From: Mytilus edulis
Lineage: Eukaryota
NCBI RefSeq assembly: GCF_963676685.1
Contig: NC_092346.1
Location: 16,120,001-16,184,000 of the forward strand
Length of the DNA stretch: 64,000 nucleotides
Direction: 5' to 3'
The position numbers and the translations under genes were made by a program. The notes beneath the pieces were generated by a model. It was not told the DNA's origin. It did not search any database and saw only the letters and a list, made by a program, of their open reading frames with translations. Shown in pieces: positions 48,545 through 61,468 of the stretch (the first letter of the stretch is position 1; the number at the start of each line of letters is the position of its first letter).

Positions 48545-51134
48545 TACTTCAAAATTTCCTTAAAGAATAGAATTTACAATTCATAAACGCACATACTAGT
48601 GAGTGGAATGCCTTTGTAAAATCTGAAAAAGGACATGTTGAATTTCTGAATAGTCTGCATAGTTTTACTATGTTGGATGTGTCTAAAGTTGAACCAAATA
48701 TATCTGGTTTTACATATCTTTTTTTATGCAAGAAAATATGTAATACTTTTTGTAATATTATCTAAATAAACTCATCATAGAAAACAGGATTAAATTGTGA
48801 ATTTAATTATTTTCTTACACAATAATATGCATTGTTTTTCTCTTTTGATATTAACAATAGTTCAAACAAGTCAAAACGAAATGACCATACCCAATAAAGT
48901 TTAAGGCGCGTTGTCTACAATAGAAATTTATTAAAGATGCAACAAGTACAGTTGATCTTCTTATAATAAAAACGTCAAAGGCAAATAAGTCCTTGTATTA
49001 TTTATCTTCTTATGTATCCTTTCCAAATCGTTTTGCTTTTAAATTTGTGATGGTATTTTAATATCGATATAGAGTGACATTGAAGTTGTTTTAATTACAA
49101 AATTATTGTAATGTAAATCTATAAAGAGTACACCCTTAATTTGAGTACATTATCAGTATGGAGCACACACAAAAAGCCTCTCACTTCATTGCAAGTTTGA
49201 GAAGAAATCCTTGCAAAACAAACTAACGACCAAATCCCAACTGTGAATCGTAGAAAAAGCAATGGATTTATATCAATTAAATAAATCTACCAAAAAAAAA
49301 ACAAAACCAAACATGTACTGGCATAATGTAGCTTGATTGATTGATTGCTGGTTACCTACCGTCAAATGTCAAGTAATTAATACACGGTCAGGACAAAAAC
49401 AAATGAACAATAAACACAATTGAAGGAAAGCCTTAAATTAGAAGCATTCTGGATGAATGTCGATGATACTTTATAAAATGAGGGTTAATTGGAAACACGA
49501 GGCATCGGATTTAACAACCCCACTTTTATCGGTCATGACTTCGTACTAGAACGTCACACACAAACAAACGTCCATTTTTGCAATGATTCTGACCTCTATT
49601 GACCATAGTTATATTCCCAAGTCACCAAGAATTCAGCGCGACAATTACACTGAGGTTAAAACAGTTTTCAGTAATGTCTTGGTTAGTGTTTCTGTCCTGT
49701 AGGAAGATGTTTTGGTGAAAGACGACGTTTGTTCGTTTGGCGCACATTTGTAAATAGCAGATATAACAAGTAATTGATCTGATCAACGACAAAACATCGT
49801 TTGCCTCAAGTTTTGCATTTAAAACAATCTAAATATGTCTATTTGAAAAGAGACAAAGATATATGATAAAATACCAGCACAATAAACAGGACATGTAAAA
49901 ACTTACACTTTTAGCTGATGAGCAACACTATATGTTTCAATTGGTCATGTTGGTACACCATAATATTTGTATGATCAAGGCACCTATTTAAACAAAAGAA
50001 ATATGATTCGTTCTTCTGTACTGAAGTCTTTTTGTTTGATTTCTTTCATCTAAACAATGTTTCTATTGAAAAACACTTGATCATATTTTTTCACAGATGG
50101 CCTGGTGTATAATTCACAAATAATTCTGAACATATATTTACCTTTGTACAAGGGAATTTTTTAAAATACATTAAAACAAGGCAATGTGCATAGGCTTGTC
50201 GGTATTTGATAAAGTAGGCATAAAATCATAACAGTGGTAATTTTTGCGTTGAATTAAATTTTTGTTTTAATTTACCAGGTTGAATGACATACCTTTCTAA
50301 AACATATTCAAAGCACTGTAACACCAGAAACATCTTCAAAATGTAGTAAGAATGTAATTTTCGTCTTTTGTTCCATGTCAAAATCAAATAATTGTAAACT
50401 AGAAATTGTCTTTTTAAAACTGAATAAATGAATACATAACTAATTTAGTGTGTGTTGTTTTTTTCTTTGAAAAATAACCGTTGACTATATCTGATGTCAG
50501 TACCTGAGTGCTGACTACTGAACCACAGTAGTGATACCCGAGTAGACACTATTTCCACCAGCAGTGACATTGACCCAGTGTAATCTTTCATCTCGAGTTC
50601 GATGGGATTGATGCGTTCAGCGTAGTCACAAAACATTGTATTATACAATAGCTTAGGATTGTTTACTTTATGCTTGGAAATTAAAGTTCCACTTCATCAG
50701 GCACAGCTGGTTTGAAATAATTGTTTGACTTGGGTAGACATATTAAAGATAAGCAAACAATAAAGTACAGATAATTCAAAAAATGCAATACAATTTTTAT
50801 AGGATTGTTTTCATTTGTATGCTAAACATGAATTTCCCCTCGTCCATTTTCATTCAATTTTATTACTTATAACGAATGGTTAAAAATGGATAATTAGAAT
50901 AAAAGTTACAAACTATATCATCAGTTATTAAAACGGACAATGTTACATATTTTGCATTCAAGAAATTAGTTACAGCCCAATAGTTACAGATCAAAATAGA
51001 TATGAATTAGGGCATACGTAAGAGGTCGAAATATATCATTCAATTTCGGCTACTGGTAAGAAGCGTTAGAAAAAGAAAACTGCATTGCATCCAATAAAAA
51101 AACATATAATTTCTGTGTCTTTATTTCATTTCAG

Positions 51135-51206
51135 AGAACTGGGCAGGAATCAGTTAGTAACAATACAAAAAGGAACGTTTGTAGACCTACCAGCTCTCAC
51201 TTTATT
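51135..51206 (+). CDS. LRR exon 4 (ELGRNQLVTIQKGTFVDLPALTL)
   Basis: 72 bp, cag/gtatgt, phase 2-2. Confidence 0.9.
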
Positions 51207-51700
51207 GTATGTATATAGTTTTACTGATTTATATTAAGTCAAGGTTATATATAAAAGATGTTAAGGGGAAAAAAATATGTGCTTTATTCAAGTTACTTAA
51301 AAAATATGACTTTAAGATTTGTGTTTCTTTCAACATCAAGGAGGAAATGCAAAGATAAAGGCGAATTTTTTTTTTAGATGTATCTATTCTTTTGACCTTA
51401 GGTGGCGAATATAAGATAACAAATACGCAGCTCAAAACGAAGTCGTAGTCAACAAATAATTCAGTTTTTGATGAATTTATTTAGATCTCAAAGTGTATAA
51501 TATACGCATATTGTTCGTTGTTTTTAATTATTTTCTCAAAGTTTAAATTAAATTTTCTTAGTTTTATATGAATCAGATGATGAATGAGTAATATAATTCG
51601 TAAATATACAGGGAATATTTTGATGCGAACGTTATATAATCCTTCTCCGGTTTTAGGCTAACATCAAAATCATTTGTAGTATAACCATATTTTGCTTCAG

Positions 51701-51772
51701 AGATTTGTCAGTCAATCAGATAAAATCTATAGAGGACGGAGCATTTCAAGACCTATCAACACTATATAGACT
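51701..51772 (+). CDS. LRR exon 5 (DLSVNQIKSIEDGAFQDLSTLYR)
   Basis: 72 bp, cag/gtatgt, phase 2-2. Confidence 0.92.
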
Positions 51773-53204
51773 GTATGTATACATAACAAAAATATTTTAT
51801 CGGAAATTCGAAATTTTCACTTTGACCTTATTACCTGATATTTTCAATATCATGGACAGGACTTAAAAATATTAGACAATAACGTCATGTACATTGTATC
51901 AATGCAGTATTTCACATGTTCTTGTTCCTCCGCTTCAATTTATCAATGAAACGCACGCAGACATTACTTTGTATTCCATTCTATTGATGTGTTTTGTCTT
52001 TTGATTTTTATATTTCGCAGGGGTCTTTCCGTTTTGAATTTTCCTTGGTATTTTTGTAATTTTCCTTCTCTAAAGTGCTTTAAACAAGAGGAAGACCTAT
52101 CAGTTCTCATGGTGCTATATCTACTGTATGTAAATATTTTACCAAAATTTTATTCAAAGTTTATATGAAAAGTGAAGATGTTGTTTGTAAATGAATTAAA
52201 AATGACACACAAGACATACTGTATACTGTATATGTTGGAAAGGGAAAAAATAAATAGAATGTATAGGTTTTATTTATATGTTTAGAAAATAACATGAATA
52301 ATGTGATAAAAACAAAATCTTTATTTTTTTATAGTTCAATGTGTAAGTATCGTTAGCACTGTTGAATTAATAAAAACAATTTATGGTTCATAAAACATTT
52401 TTGTCAGGTTATTATTCTTAACTGCAAATTTGCATGGGATTGTATGTGAATTGTGGAACGTTTTGATTACAGGCAGTTAAGGTCATCAGTATGGCCATAT
52501 CACGATCAGGGTCATGATCAATTATCAAAAATGATTGTTTAATAATAACCAATTGACCAATATGGGTTAGGTTCAATGTATCTGTTCACATTTGTTTATA
52601 TTAGCCAGCTTTCTCGCACTAAATGACGCCATATTTTTTTTATTTTTTTTTTAAAGAAAAGGGAAAATTTTGAATTTCCAACCTCCCTATATAGCTAGTT
52701 TTTAAGTTAATGATTTTGAATTTCATACGACGATGTGTTCAATCTTCTATTGTTCAATATTTGTTTGTTTATAATTTTTTTTAATGTGTTTATTGATGGT
52801 AGCTGTATTTATTCCCAAACTTTGCAAGTTTTATTTTTTTTTTCAGTTTTAGATTATTACATTATTCTTTATTACAGTCAGTTATATAATATATTATGGT
52901 TTCTGATTCCCAAATGAACCAAAAAAAAAAAGAAATGTGTGCTGAAATGAAGACATGACAGGACAAACAAATTTGGTCTGCTATCAAAAGTCAAACCAAA
53001 CCTGTTCTTATAAAAGTTAACTTTGGTTTGGTCCATGATAAAGTTCTCTTGTAAACAGGACTGTGTTGATTGATGAATGTTACAAGAGTATAGATTTCCG
53101 ATCAGTGAAAGTTTACGATCTTTGTCTTTTTTATGCGAAAACAAATATCAGCTACGCCACCAGTAAAATCTGTATAATAGCAAACGTGTCCCCATTTTTT
53201 TTAG

Positions 53205-53455
53205 GTCAGACCGGACCACAAGTATAGGCTGGTCCGGTCAAGTAGACCTGTCCACATGTCTGTTCTAGCAGACCTGCCCACATGTCTGGTCAAGCAGACC
53301 TGCTACATGTCTGGTTCGGTCAAGCAGATATGTCCACATGTCTAGTCTGGTCGGGCAGACCTGTTTACAGGTCTGGTCTGGTCAAGCAGACCTATCCACA
53401 GATTTGGTCTGGTCAAGCTGGCTCGTCTGCAGGTCTCATCTGGTCTGGTCTAGAT
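53205..53455. repeat. Degenerate ~26-31 bp tandem repeat (CTGGTCAAGCAGACCTGTCCACATGT)
   Basis: Directly visible. Confidence 0.7.
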
Positions 53456-53615
53456 TAACTGTCTTGGGAAGAGGTTTGCTGTATCTCACTTGTCATCAGG
53501 ACTGGTCTGCAGCAGTCCTAAAAAGATAGACATGCGGTCTGGTCTGATAAGGATAAAGTTAACTTACAGGACTGCATTCATCTGTACATACAATAATTTT
53601 CATTATGTTTTCCAG

Positions 53616-53687
53616 ATATTTGTCCTTAAATGAAATAGCTACACTACAGAAAGGAGTTTTTCAAGGCCTATCACAGCTTCAAGAATT
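53616..53687 (+). CDS. LRR exon 6 (YLSLNEIATLQKGVFQGLSQLQE)
   Basis: 72 bp, cag/gtatgt, phase 2-2. Confidence 0.92.
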
Positions 53688-54642
53688 GTATGTTAACATT
53701 TTGCAGTAGTTCATTCTGGTGTTGAAGAAAAAACTAAAAATAGAGTCAAGTAGTTGGTAGTGGATATTGCAAATATATCCACCAATATTTATAATACATG
53801 TATAAAAACCTGTTAAAGACAACAAGCTAAGAACTTGCATAATATTCATTACGGGACACTCCAATAAAGGCATTCGGGTTCACATATATCTCTGTCTTGG
53901 GAAGAGGTTTGCTGTATCTCACTTGTCCTCAGGACTGGTCTGCAGCAGTCCTTAAAAGATAGACATGCGGTATGGTCTGCTAAGGATAAAGTTAACTTAC
54001 AGGTCTGCTAAAATGTTCCCAAGTAATCATATATCTAAAAATAGAGTCAAGTAAATGGTAGTGGATATTGATTAAGCAAATATATCCACCAATATTTATA
54101 ATACATGTATAAAAACCTGTTAAAGATAACAAGCTAAGAACTTGCATAATATTCATTACGGGACACTCATGTAAAGGCATTTGGGTTCACATATTTCCTT
54201 TACGAAATTATCATTTACGTAGTTGCTAAGTATTGACAAAACCCAAGAATTCAAAACCGTCTTTTCTTAAAGACAAAACATTATATAGTCTTTTTCATAG
54301 ACTGTTGAATTAAAAAAAGAAAAAACGTTCGCTTCACTATTGTTGTTTTATTATAAATGTAACACTGTTATGTTCATCGCGTTGTATGTGAGTACTTTCA
54401 GTTTGAAAATTTATGACAATTATTTAAGAATATTCAGTATAATAATTTAAAGAATACACAGCCGAGAACGTGATAGATAGAATGGTTACACCCGATAAAC
54501 ATTGTCAACCTTGGCTTTCTCAGGGTTTGCTCAAGTAACCTATTCCCCAGTTTTACACCGAGTCCAAAAAAAAATATATTTTTATGATATGGACCTCAAA
54601 AGGATTTTATAATGCAACTTAAATAAATACATTTCTAGCTTT

Positions 54643-55904
54643 TTATTAGCTCACCTGGCCTAAAAGGCCATGTGAGCTTTTCTCATCACTTGGCGTCCGT
54701 CGTCGTCGTCGTCGTCGTCTGTCGTCGTTAACAATTTTTCAAACATCTTCTCCTCTAAAACTACTGAATGGATTTGAATGAAACTTAAAATAATTGTTCC
54801 TTAGATTATCCTGCACAAAGTGTGTGCTTCGATTTTTGATCCGTCAAAAAACATGGCCGCCGTTACTTAAAATAGAACATAGGGGTCAAATGCAGTTTTT
54901 GGCTTATATCTCAAAAACGGAAGCATTTAGAGCAAATCTGACATGGGGTAAAAATGTTCATTAGGTCAAGATCTATCAGCCCAGAAATTTTCAGATGAAT
55001 CAAACAAACCATTGTTGGGTTGCTGCCACTTAATTGGTAATTTTAAGGAAATTTTGCAGTTTTTGGTCATTATCTTGAATATTATTATAGATGAAGATAA
55101 ACTGTAAACAGCAAAAATGATCAGCAAAGTAAGATCTACATATAGGTTAATATGACCAAAATTGTCAATTGATCCCTTAAGGGGTAAATGTCCTTTAATG
55201 ACAATTTTTCACAATTTGTTCATCATATTTGCTAACTTTAAAAAATTTTCTCCTCCGAAACTACTGAATGGATTTGGATGAAACTTAGCATGATAGTTCC
55301 TTAGATTATCCTGCACAAAGTGTGTGCTTCGATTTTTGATCCGTCAAAAAACATAGCCCTTACTTTAAATAGAACATAGGGGTCAAATGCAGTTTTTGTC
55401 TTATATCTCAAAAACGAAAGCATTTAGAGCATATCTGACAGAGGTAAAAATGTTCATTAGGTGAAGATCTATCAGCCCTGAAATTTACAGACGAATCAAA
55501 CAAACCATTGTTGGGTTGCTGCCACTTAATTGGTAATTTTAAGGAAATTTTGCAGTTTTTGGTCATTATCTTGAATATCATTATAGATAAAGATAAACTG
55601 TAAACAGCAAAAATGATCAGCAAAGTAAGATCTACAAATAAGTTAAATATGACCAAAATTGTCAATTGACCCCTTAAGGGGTTATTGTCCTTTAATGACA
55701 ATTTTTTTCACAATTTGTTCATATTTGCTAACTTTAAAAAATCTTCTCCTCTAAAACTACTCAACCAAATTCAACCAAACTTCATTTGAATGATCAGTAG
55801 GGTGTATAAAATAAAGTTTGTGTTTTATTTTCTAATTCGTCAAAAAACATGGCCGAAGGCATTGTTTACCAGGTGAGCGATTCAGGCTCTTGAGAGCCTC
55901 TTGT
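54643..55904 (+). mobile_element. Helentron/HINE-like non-autonomous element with ~500-bp internal tandem cores
   Basis: Subterminal IRs GCTCACCTG...CAGGTGAGC, a (GTC)n microsatellite, core repeats starting ~54741, 55243 and 55738, and a 3' hairpin AGGCTCTTGAGAGCCT. Confidence 0.85.
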
Positions 55905-56197
55905 ATTGTTACACAAATGGTAAACTTATTTTCATCCCTTAATGGACCCCTGATTTTGGAGAAAGTGTTCCATGATGAAATTGACATTATACAAAATATA
56001 GCTTTGTTACTATATTTAGGAAACTGTGGTATGTTATTGTTGCTTGTGTTGAGTATCCTTACTTTAAAATATGGTGGCAAAGACGTTTCTATCGGCAAAT
56101 TTATACAATTACTTTGAATAAACCAAACAACCTAAATGAAGAGGCACCTGTCATTTTTTGTCAGTTATTTTTGTGTCAGAATCGCATGGAGTGTGGT

Positions 56198-57078
56198 CAC
56201 CGTGTATCATCGTACAGCGGATGTAGGTACTAACCAAGCGGGCGTGAGCGATTTTGATTTTACACGGTAACGAAAATCTTTGTTTTGTTCACATAATATC
56301 AATGTGTACTTCAATCTAAACATAGTTGCTGTTTTAAGAAATGATTTGGTCGTAGGTTGATGGTTAGAGATGTCTCATTATTTTCCCAAATCAAGAGGGA
56401 TTACTAAAACATTGTAAAAGCATGTGCAAATACTTGCCAAAGAAGTTGGCCCTCGTCTCATCCGATATAATTCTATATATTCATTGCAACTCTTTTTCTG
56501 ATAGAAGGTCAATGTGTGTGTGTAATAAGTATAGCTGTAATAATTGGCATTGAAATCTTTCATACATATGTTATTTTTCGATATTTTAACCCTTAAAAAG
56601 TGTTGTGTACGGTGTTTAGCTGACCACATAAATCCTTATGTACGGTGCATAGTTATGTTGTTGTACACCGTACACAAAAACATTATTTTTATACTCGCTT
56701 TTTACCCAAAATGTTTCAGGGAATGAGTAATCATAGGTAGGTTTATGATTGGTGACTATCACTTTTGCCCTGTATTAGGTTTCTTTCAGATAAAACATGT
56801 AAATGTCTCCACAACTGTATCGAAATTGAAAGTTGGTGTTGACATTCACAACTATTTGTGCATGTACAAGTTAATTGTTCTTAGTAGAATATCAAATTTG
56901 TTTTATGAATAGTAAAAAATCGATGCGAAAATTATTTGGGAGCAGGAATTTCAAATGTTGAGAAATGTACATTGAATATTGATGAAGCAAAACAAAGATT
57001 TTCGTTACCGTGTAAGGTCAAAATCGATCATGCCCGCTTGCTTAGTACCTATATCCGGTGTACTGATGATACACGGTG
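56198..57078. mobile_element. Non-autonomous Transib-like DNA transposon (881 bp)
   Basis: ~100-bp imperfect TIRs start CACCGTG. 5-bp TSD GTGGT at 56193-56197 and 57079-57083. Confidence 0.8.
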
Positions 57079-57382
57079 GTGGTTCAATAATTTGTAAACA
57101 TAATTAGACGGACTTTTCCATGGATAGTTGAGACAAATATAAAATAGTATAAAATCCAGTAGACATTGATATTATACGGAGTTGTTAATAAAAACTCTGA
57201 AACGTTTGTACAACCGTCTTTCTTTTTAAGTCATAATATTTATCAGTCGAAATGCATACCTTGAATAGATAAAAGTTAAAGTTTGTACATGAATGTATGT
57301 GCTTGTTGTTGATTATGATATACGTATATGCATAATTTGGGTTAATCGTTAAATTTAAGGATTGTTCACAATTTATTTTCAG

Positions 57383-57454
57383 ATATTTGTCCGGAAATTC
57401 GTTGACTATGGTCAATAATAGCACCTTTGAAACCCTCACTAGCTTAATCTATCT
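57383..57454 (+). CDS. LRR exon 7 (YLSGNSLTMVNNSTFETLTSLIY)
   Basis: 72 bp, cag/gtaagt, phase 2-2. Confidence 0.92.
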
Positions 57455-57981
57455 GTAAGTACAAATATTAAAAAAGATCAGCAATAATTTGAGAATCTAT
57501 CATTACTTTGTTCCAGACACTTCAAACGTATGTCAAACGTGTTAGTGAGAAACTAGATAAAGCATTTCAACTTTAAAAAAAAGACTATATATGGAAAACG
57601 AATTTTATCATCTCCCCAATATGATAAAATGTTCGAAGAAAAAACAGAGTTGTCTTACTGTAATCATAAATAGGTTATAACAAACAATTTTTTAATTATA
57701 GCTTAACTAACATTAACACAACTTTTGACTTAAAACAAATGTTACTGTATTTATTAACAAGGACTTACGCCAACTACTAATCATATTCGATATTATTACT
57801 TTTATGACAATATATCAAGATGCTAACGTTATTGTTCCTTTTTTTTTTTCTTTTAGTCATCTTAAATTTTGATTAATGAATCGGGCATTATATTGGCTGA
57901 TTTTTGGATGTTTTGCGTGTCAGGAATTTATTGATATCGCCCATCGTTTTATTTAGAACTAAAATTATATGTTTCTTTCAG

Positions 57982-58053
57982 GCTATTGACTGACAATCTA
58001 ATAACTACAATACAGCAAGGATCATTTCAAAACCTTTCATCACTTGTCACGCT
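57982..58053 (+). CDS. LRR exon 8 (LLTDNLITTIQQGSFQNLSSLVT)
   Basis: 72 bp, cag/gtatgt, phase 2-2. Confidence 0.92.
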
Positions 58054-60464
58054 GTATGTAGATAATGTGTTTTAATATTTAATTAAGAAGTAATGAAAAA
58101 CAAAATAAGAGTCAATTTCACCCTTAAGCTTGCTGAACCAATTGGCTATTTATATATTTATTGATTAAAGATGTAGTATGATTGCCAATAACACAACTCT
58201 GCAACAGATACATAGTGACGTAAATGTAATCAATGCAACTACATGTTTATGTCATTGTACGGTCTTTTAAAATAAGCAAAAACAATATCACATAGTAAGC
58301 AAAAATATGCCATGAAATGACAATTGTATGACAAACACATACCGCAGGGGAAAAAACTGCTTAATGTATTATGCAAAAACATCAACAGAAACAAATATAC
58401 AGAGACAAACGAGAAACACTGAATTAACGGCTACGGATAGTTCATACATTATGTGTCTTGGTAAATCATGTTAACGGGCGACCAACATTTCTCTTAACCG
58501 GGAAAGAAGTGCAACAGCACAACATAATAAAAAAAATAACACAAAAAAAGCAAAAAACAATAGACGACAATCTTGTCTTATGACAGGCGTATGTGGATAT
58601 GACGGAGTTGAATAAGTTTTCAGGTTACCAACCCAAACCCTTCCCCTTAACGTTGACAAGGGCGAATCCGTACGATATAAGAACAAACTATAAAATGCTG
58701 TTGAAAATGGGCTTAACATATCAAATTGACACCATAAAAAACCACAATTACAAGTAACAAAAAACACTGAAGACAACGTAAAAGTCACGCAGCTACTGAA
58801 GATTAATTGAAAGCAAACACACAATTATAATCAATCACTAGACATCTAGCATCCAAAATATTTAGTGTAAATTCACAGATATATACCTTGTGAAATGTTA
58901 ACTATAAGTATCGACTGTTTTTTTTTAAATCAATGAACAAGTCGTTATTAAAACTGATAAAAACAATAATCAAAGATATATTTATAGAGTTGAATATATA
59001 CTGTTGTATGAATTTCAGTCTCCTCTTTTCTCATTTTTGGGGGTAAAAGGAAGGGGGCATAGCGTTATCAGTTTATTGTTGAGTTTGAAAGTACATTTAG
59101 TATTTTCGATTCTTAATTAATTGTAATTTGTCTAAACTTCTAATATAATATAAAAAAGAAGATTTTGTATGATTGCCAATGAGACAATTATCCACAAAAG
59201 ACCAAAATGACACAGACATTAACAATTATAGGTCACCGTTAGTTTATTTATAGGATCGGTATATTCTCGTACATATACATGTTCTACGTTCGCCATAATG
59301 AATCAATATTTGACGCCTGCGCTCTTCATTTTCTGTTTTCACAGTATATCAACTGAAAAACACCAAAATGGGGATAATTGGTGTACAGACAATTTAAGGT
59401 TCTCCTGTTGAGTGCTTTAGTTTGTATCTTGTCTTGCATTATAAATATTTGGTTTTTAGATAACCTCTTTCTTTTCTAACTGTTTTTTTTAATGGCTTAT
59501 GAGTAATATATTTTTTTTTCAGAATTCAGATATCAATGTATACTTATAATCCTGGTACCTTTGATAACTATTGTTACTTTACAAATATAAACAAGCAAAA
59601 TAAGGAAAATGATCCAAAACTTCATAGCTGAATGGATCACACATCAAGCAGCATCTCATATACAGTTGGTGCAGATCACGCATTAGCAATCATACCATAT
59701 CTTCTAATTTATATATAACACGTAAACGACTTGGAAGTCTGCATTAACCACACACTTTTATAGATTAAAACAAAGCTTACACGCGTTCCTTATATATACT
59801 GCTACGTAAATTGTTCCTAGACGCATTCTTTAAAGTTCTGCTGTGGCTACCTAGATATCAAAATTTGCTTCATTGAATGCTGCGTCCTTGGTTGTATAAA
59901 ATGTCAATACCTGATATTTTCTAGTGAATAAATTTTGTAATGTTTTCCGTCTGGTTTGCTGGCATTGATGTAAAATTGCTCAAACACTTCATTCAAACGA
60001 ACTTTGCCGCATTCTACAAATTTAATGTCCTATTACGTTTCCCTCAGATATTCTGTTATTTTGTTTTCAGTCTTTTTGTTTCAATGGAGGATTTTTACAT
60101 TATTTCGAATTCTCTGAGGCATTAATTTTCCCATCAATTCTGCCGAAACTTATTTTTATTAGATCAATGGTATAAGGGAGATAATTCAAATTGACCAAAT
60201 AAAAAAATGTACTTAAAATTTATTTTGACAATATCAGCCAATAGAAATACTTGAATTCACTCTAAATCAGCATAATATTGATCACTTTATTCTTCTGTAT
60301 TTTTTGTATATCTTAGTTATGGTATTGCATGGACAATAAGTTTTTCAATTAATTGAAAGATAAGAATAAGAATGTTTTAGTTAAAGCTGTCATTGTATTT
60401 GTGTATTAGGTTAAAGAATTATGTATTGTTATGTCTTTAAAACTGAATGTTTGGTAACCCAGGA

Positions 60465-60685
60465 TAGGGTGCCACATGTGAAGCAGGATCTGCTCACCCT
60501 TCCGGAGCACCTGAGATCACCCCTAGTTTTTGGTGGGGTTCGTGTTGTTTATCCTTTAGTTTTCTATGTTGTGTCGTGTGTATTATTGTTTTTCTGTTTG
60601 TCTTTTTCATTTTTAGCCATGGCTTTGTCAGTTTGTTTTAGATTTATGAGTTTGACGTTCCCTTTGGTATCTTTCGTCCCTCTTT
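60465..60685 (-). mobile_element. Interspersed repeat (AAGAGGGACGAAAGATACCA family)
   Basis: Homologous pieces at ~14950-14990 (+) and ~40200-40480 (+). Confidence 0.7.
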
Positions 60686-61396
60686 TATGTTGTTAAGAAT
60701 GGAATCAAAAAGAAATAATCAAGCCTTTTTTATGAAGGTATAAATCTGATAATGCCATGTCTGTTTTTTTGTCCACATATTGCTATCAATATAATGGAAT
60801 TTTATGCGACTGTCATACAAGTGAGAGGTATAGCTAAATTTGAATCAAGGTTTAAACTTTCATTTCCGACCTAAGGAAATGTCTATACCATTCATTTGAT
60901 ATGTTGTTATTTTTTTATTTTGCCATTTGGTAAGTGACATTCCGTTAGGCATTTTCCTTGGAGATCGGCATTTTTGTTGGTTTACTTTTACGTTAAAGCC
61001 CAGGAACGTGCAATTAAGTGTAAATACATGTGTGTTGCTAGTTTACTTCAGATATCGTGAACAATACATTTCGTACCTGCTATCTGAAAAGGCACAGAAC
61101 TACTTGTCGTCATTTTGATGCTTTTATTTTCTCAAACATATTTGTTGAGAATACATATACTGTCTTCATTCCCACTGAATCACAATTCTGAAGTTGATGC
61201 ATTTCATATATATTCTTTAAATAGTCTATCGAGCTACTATGAGCTATATTTTATTTATAATGTTGTCATAATATATGTAAAATGCTTATTTGATAAAACG
61301 TAATGTTTCAATGTAATGTGAGAGTTGGTGAGCATTATATGTGTATACAAATACTTGAGTAATATGATAATAACTTAGGCTTTTCCACTTTTTCAG

Positions 61397-61468
61397 AAAT
61401 ATGATAGGAAATAAATTGACATTTGTCAAGAATGACACTTTTGAACATAACATCAAATTACAATATCT
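61397..61468 (+). CDS. LRR exon 9 (NMIGNKLTFVKNDTFEHNIKLQY)
   Basis: 72 bp, cag/gtaagt, phase 2-2. Confidence 0.9.

Noticed and set aside
61050-61118. Possible additional LRR exon (YREQYISYLLSEKAQNYLSSF)
   Set aside because: It lacks the LRR Asn/Phe consensus and hits a stop before a 72-bp donor.
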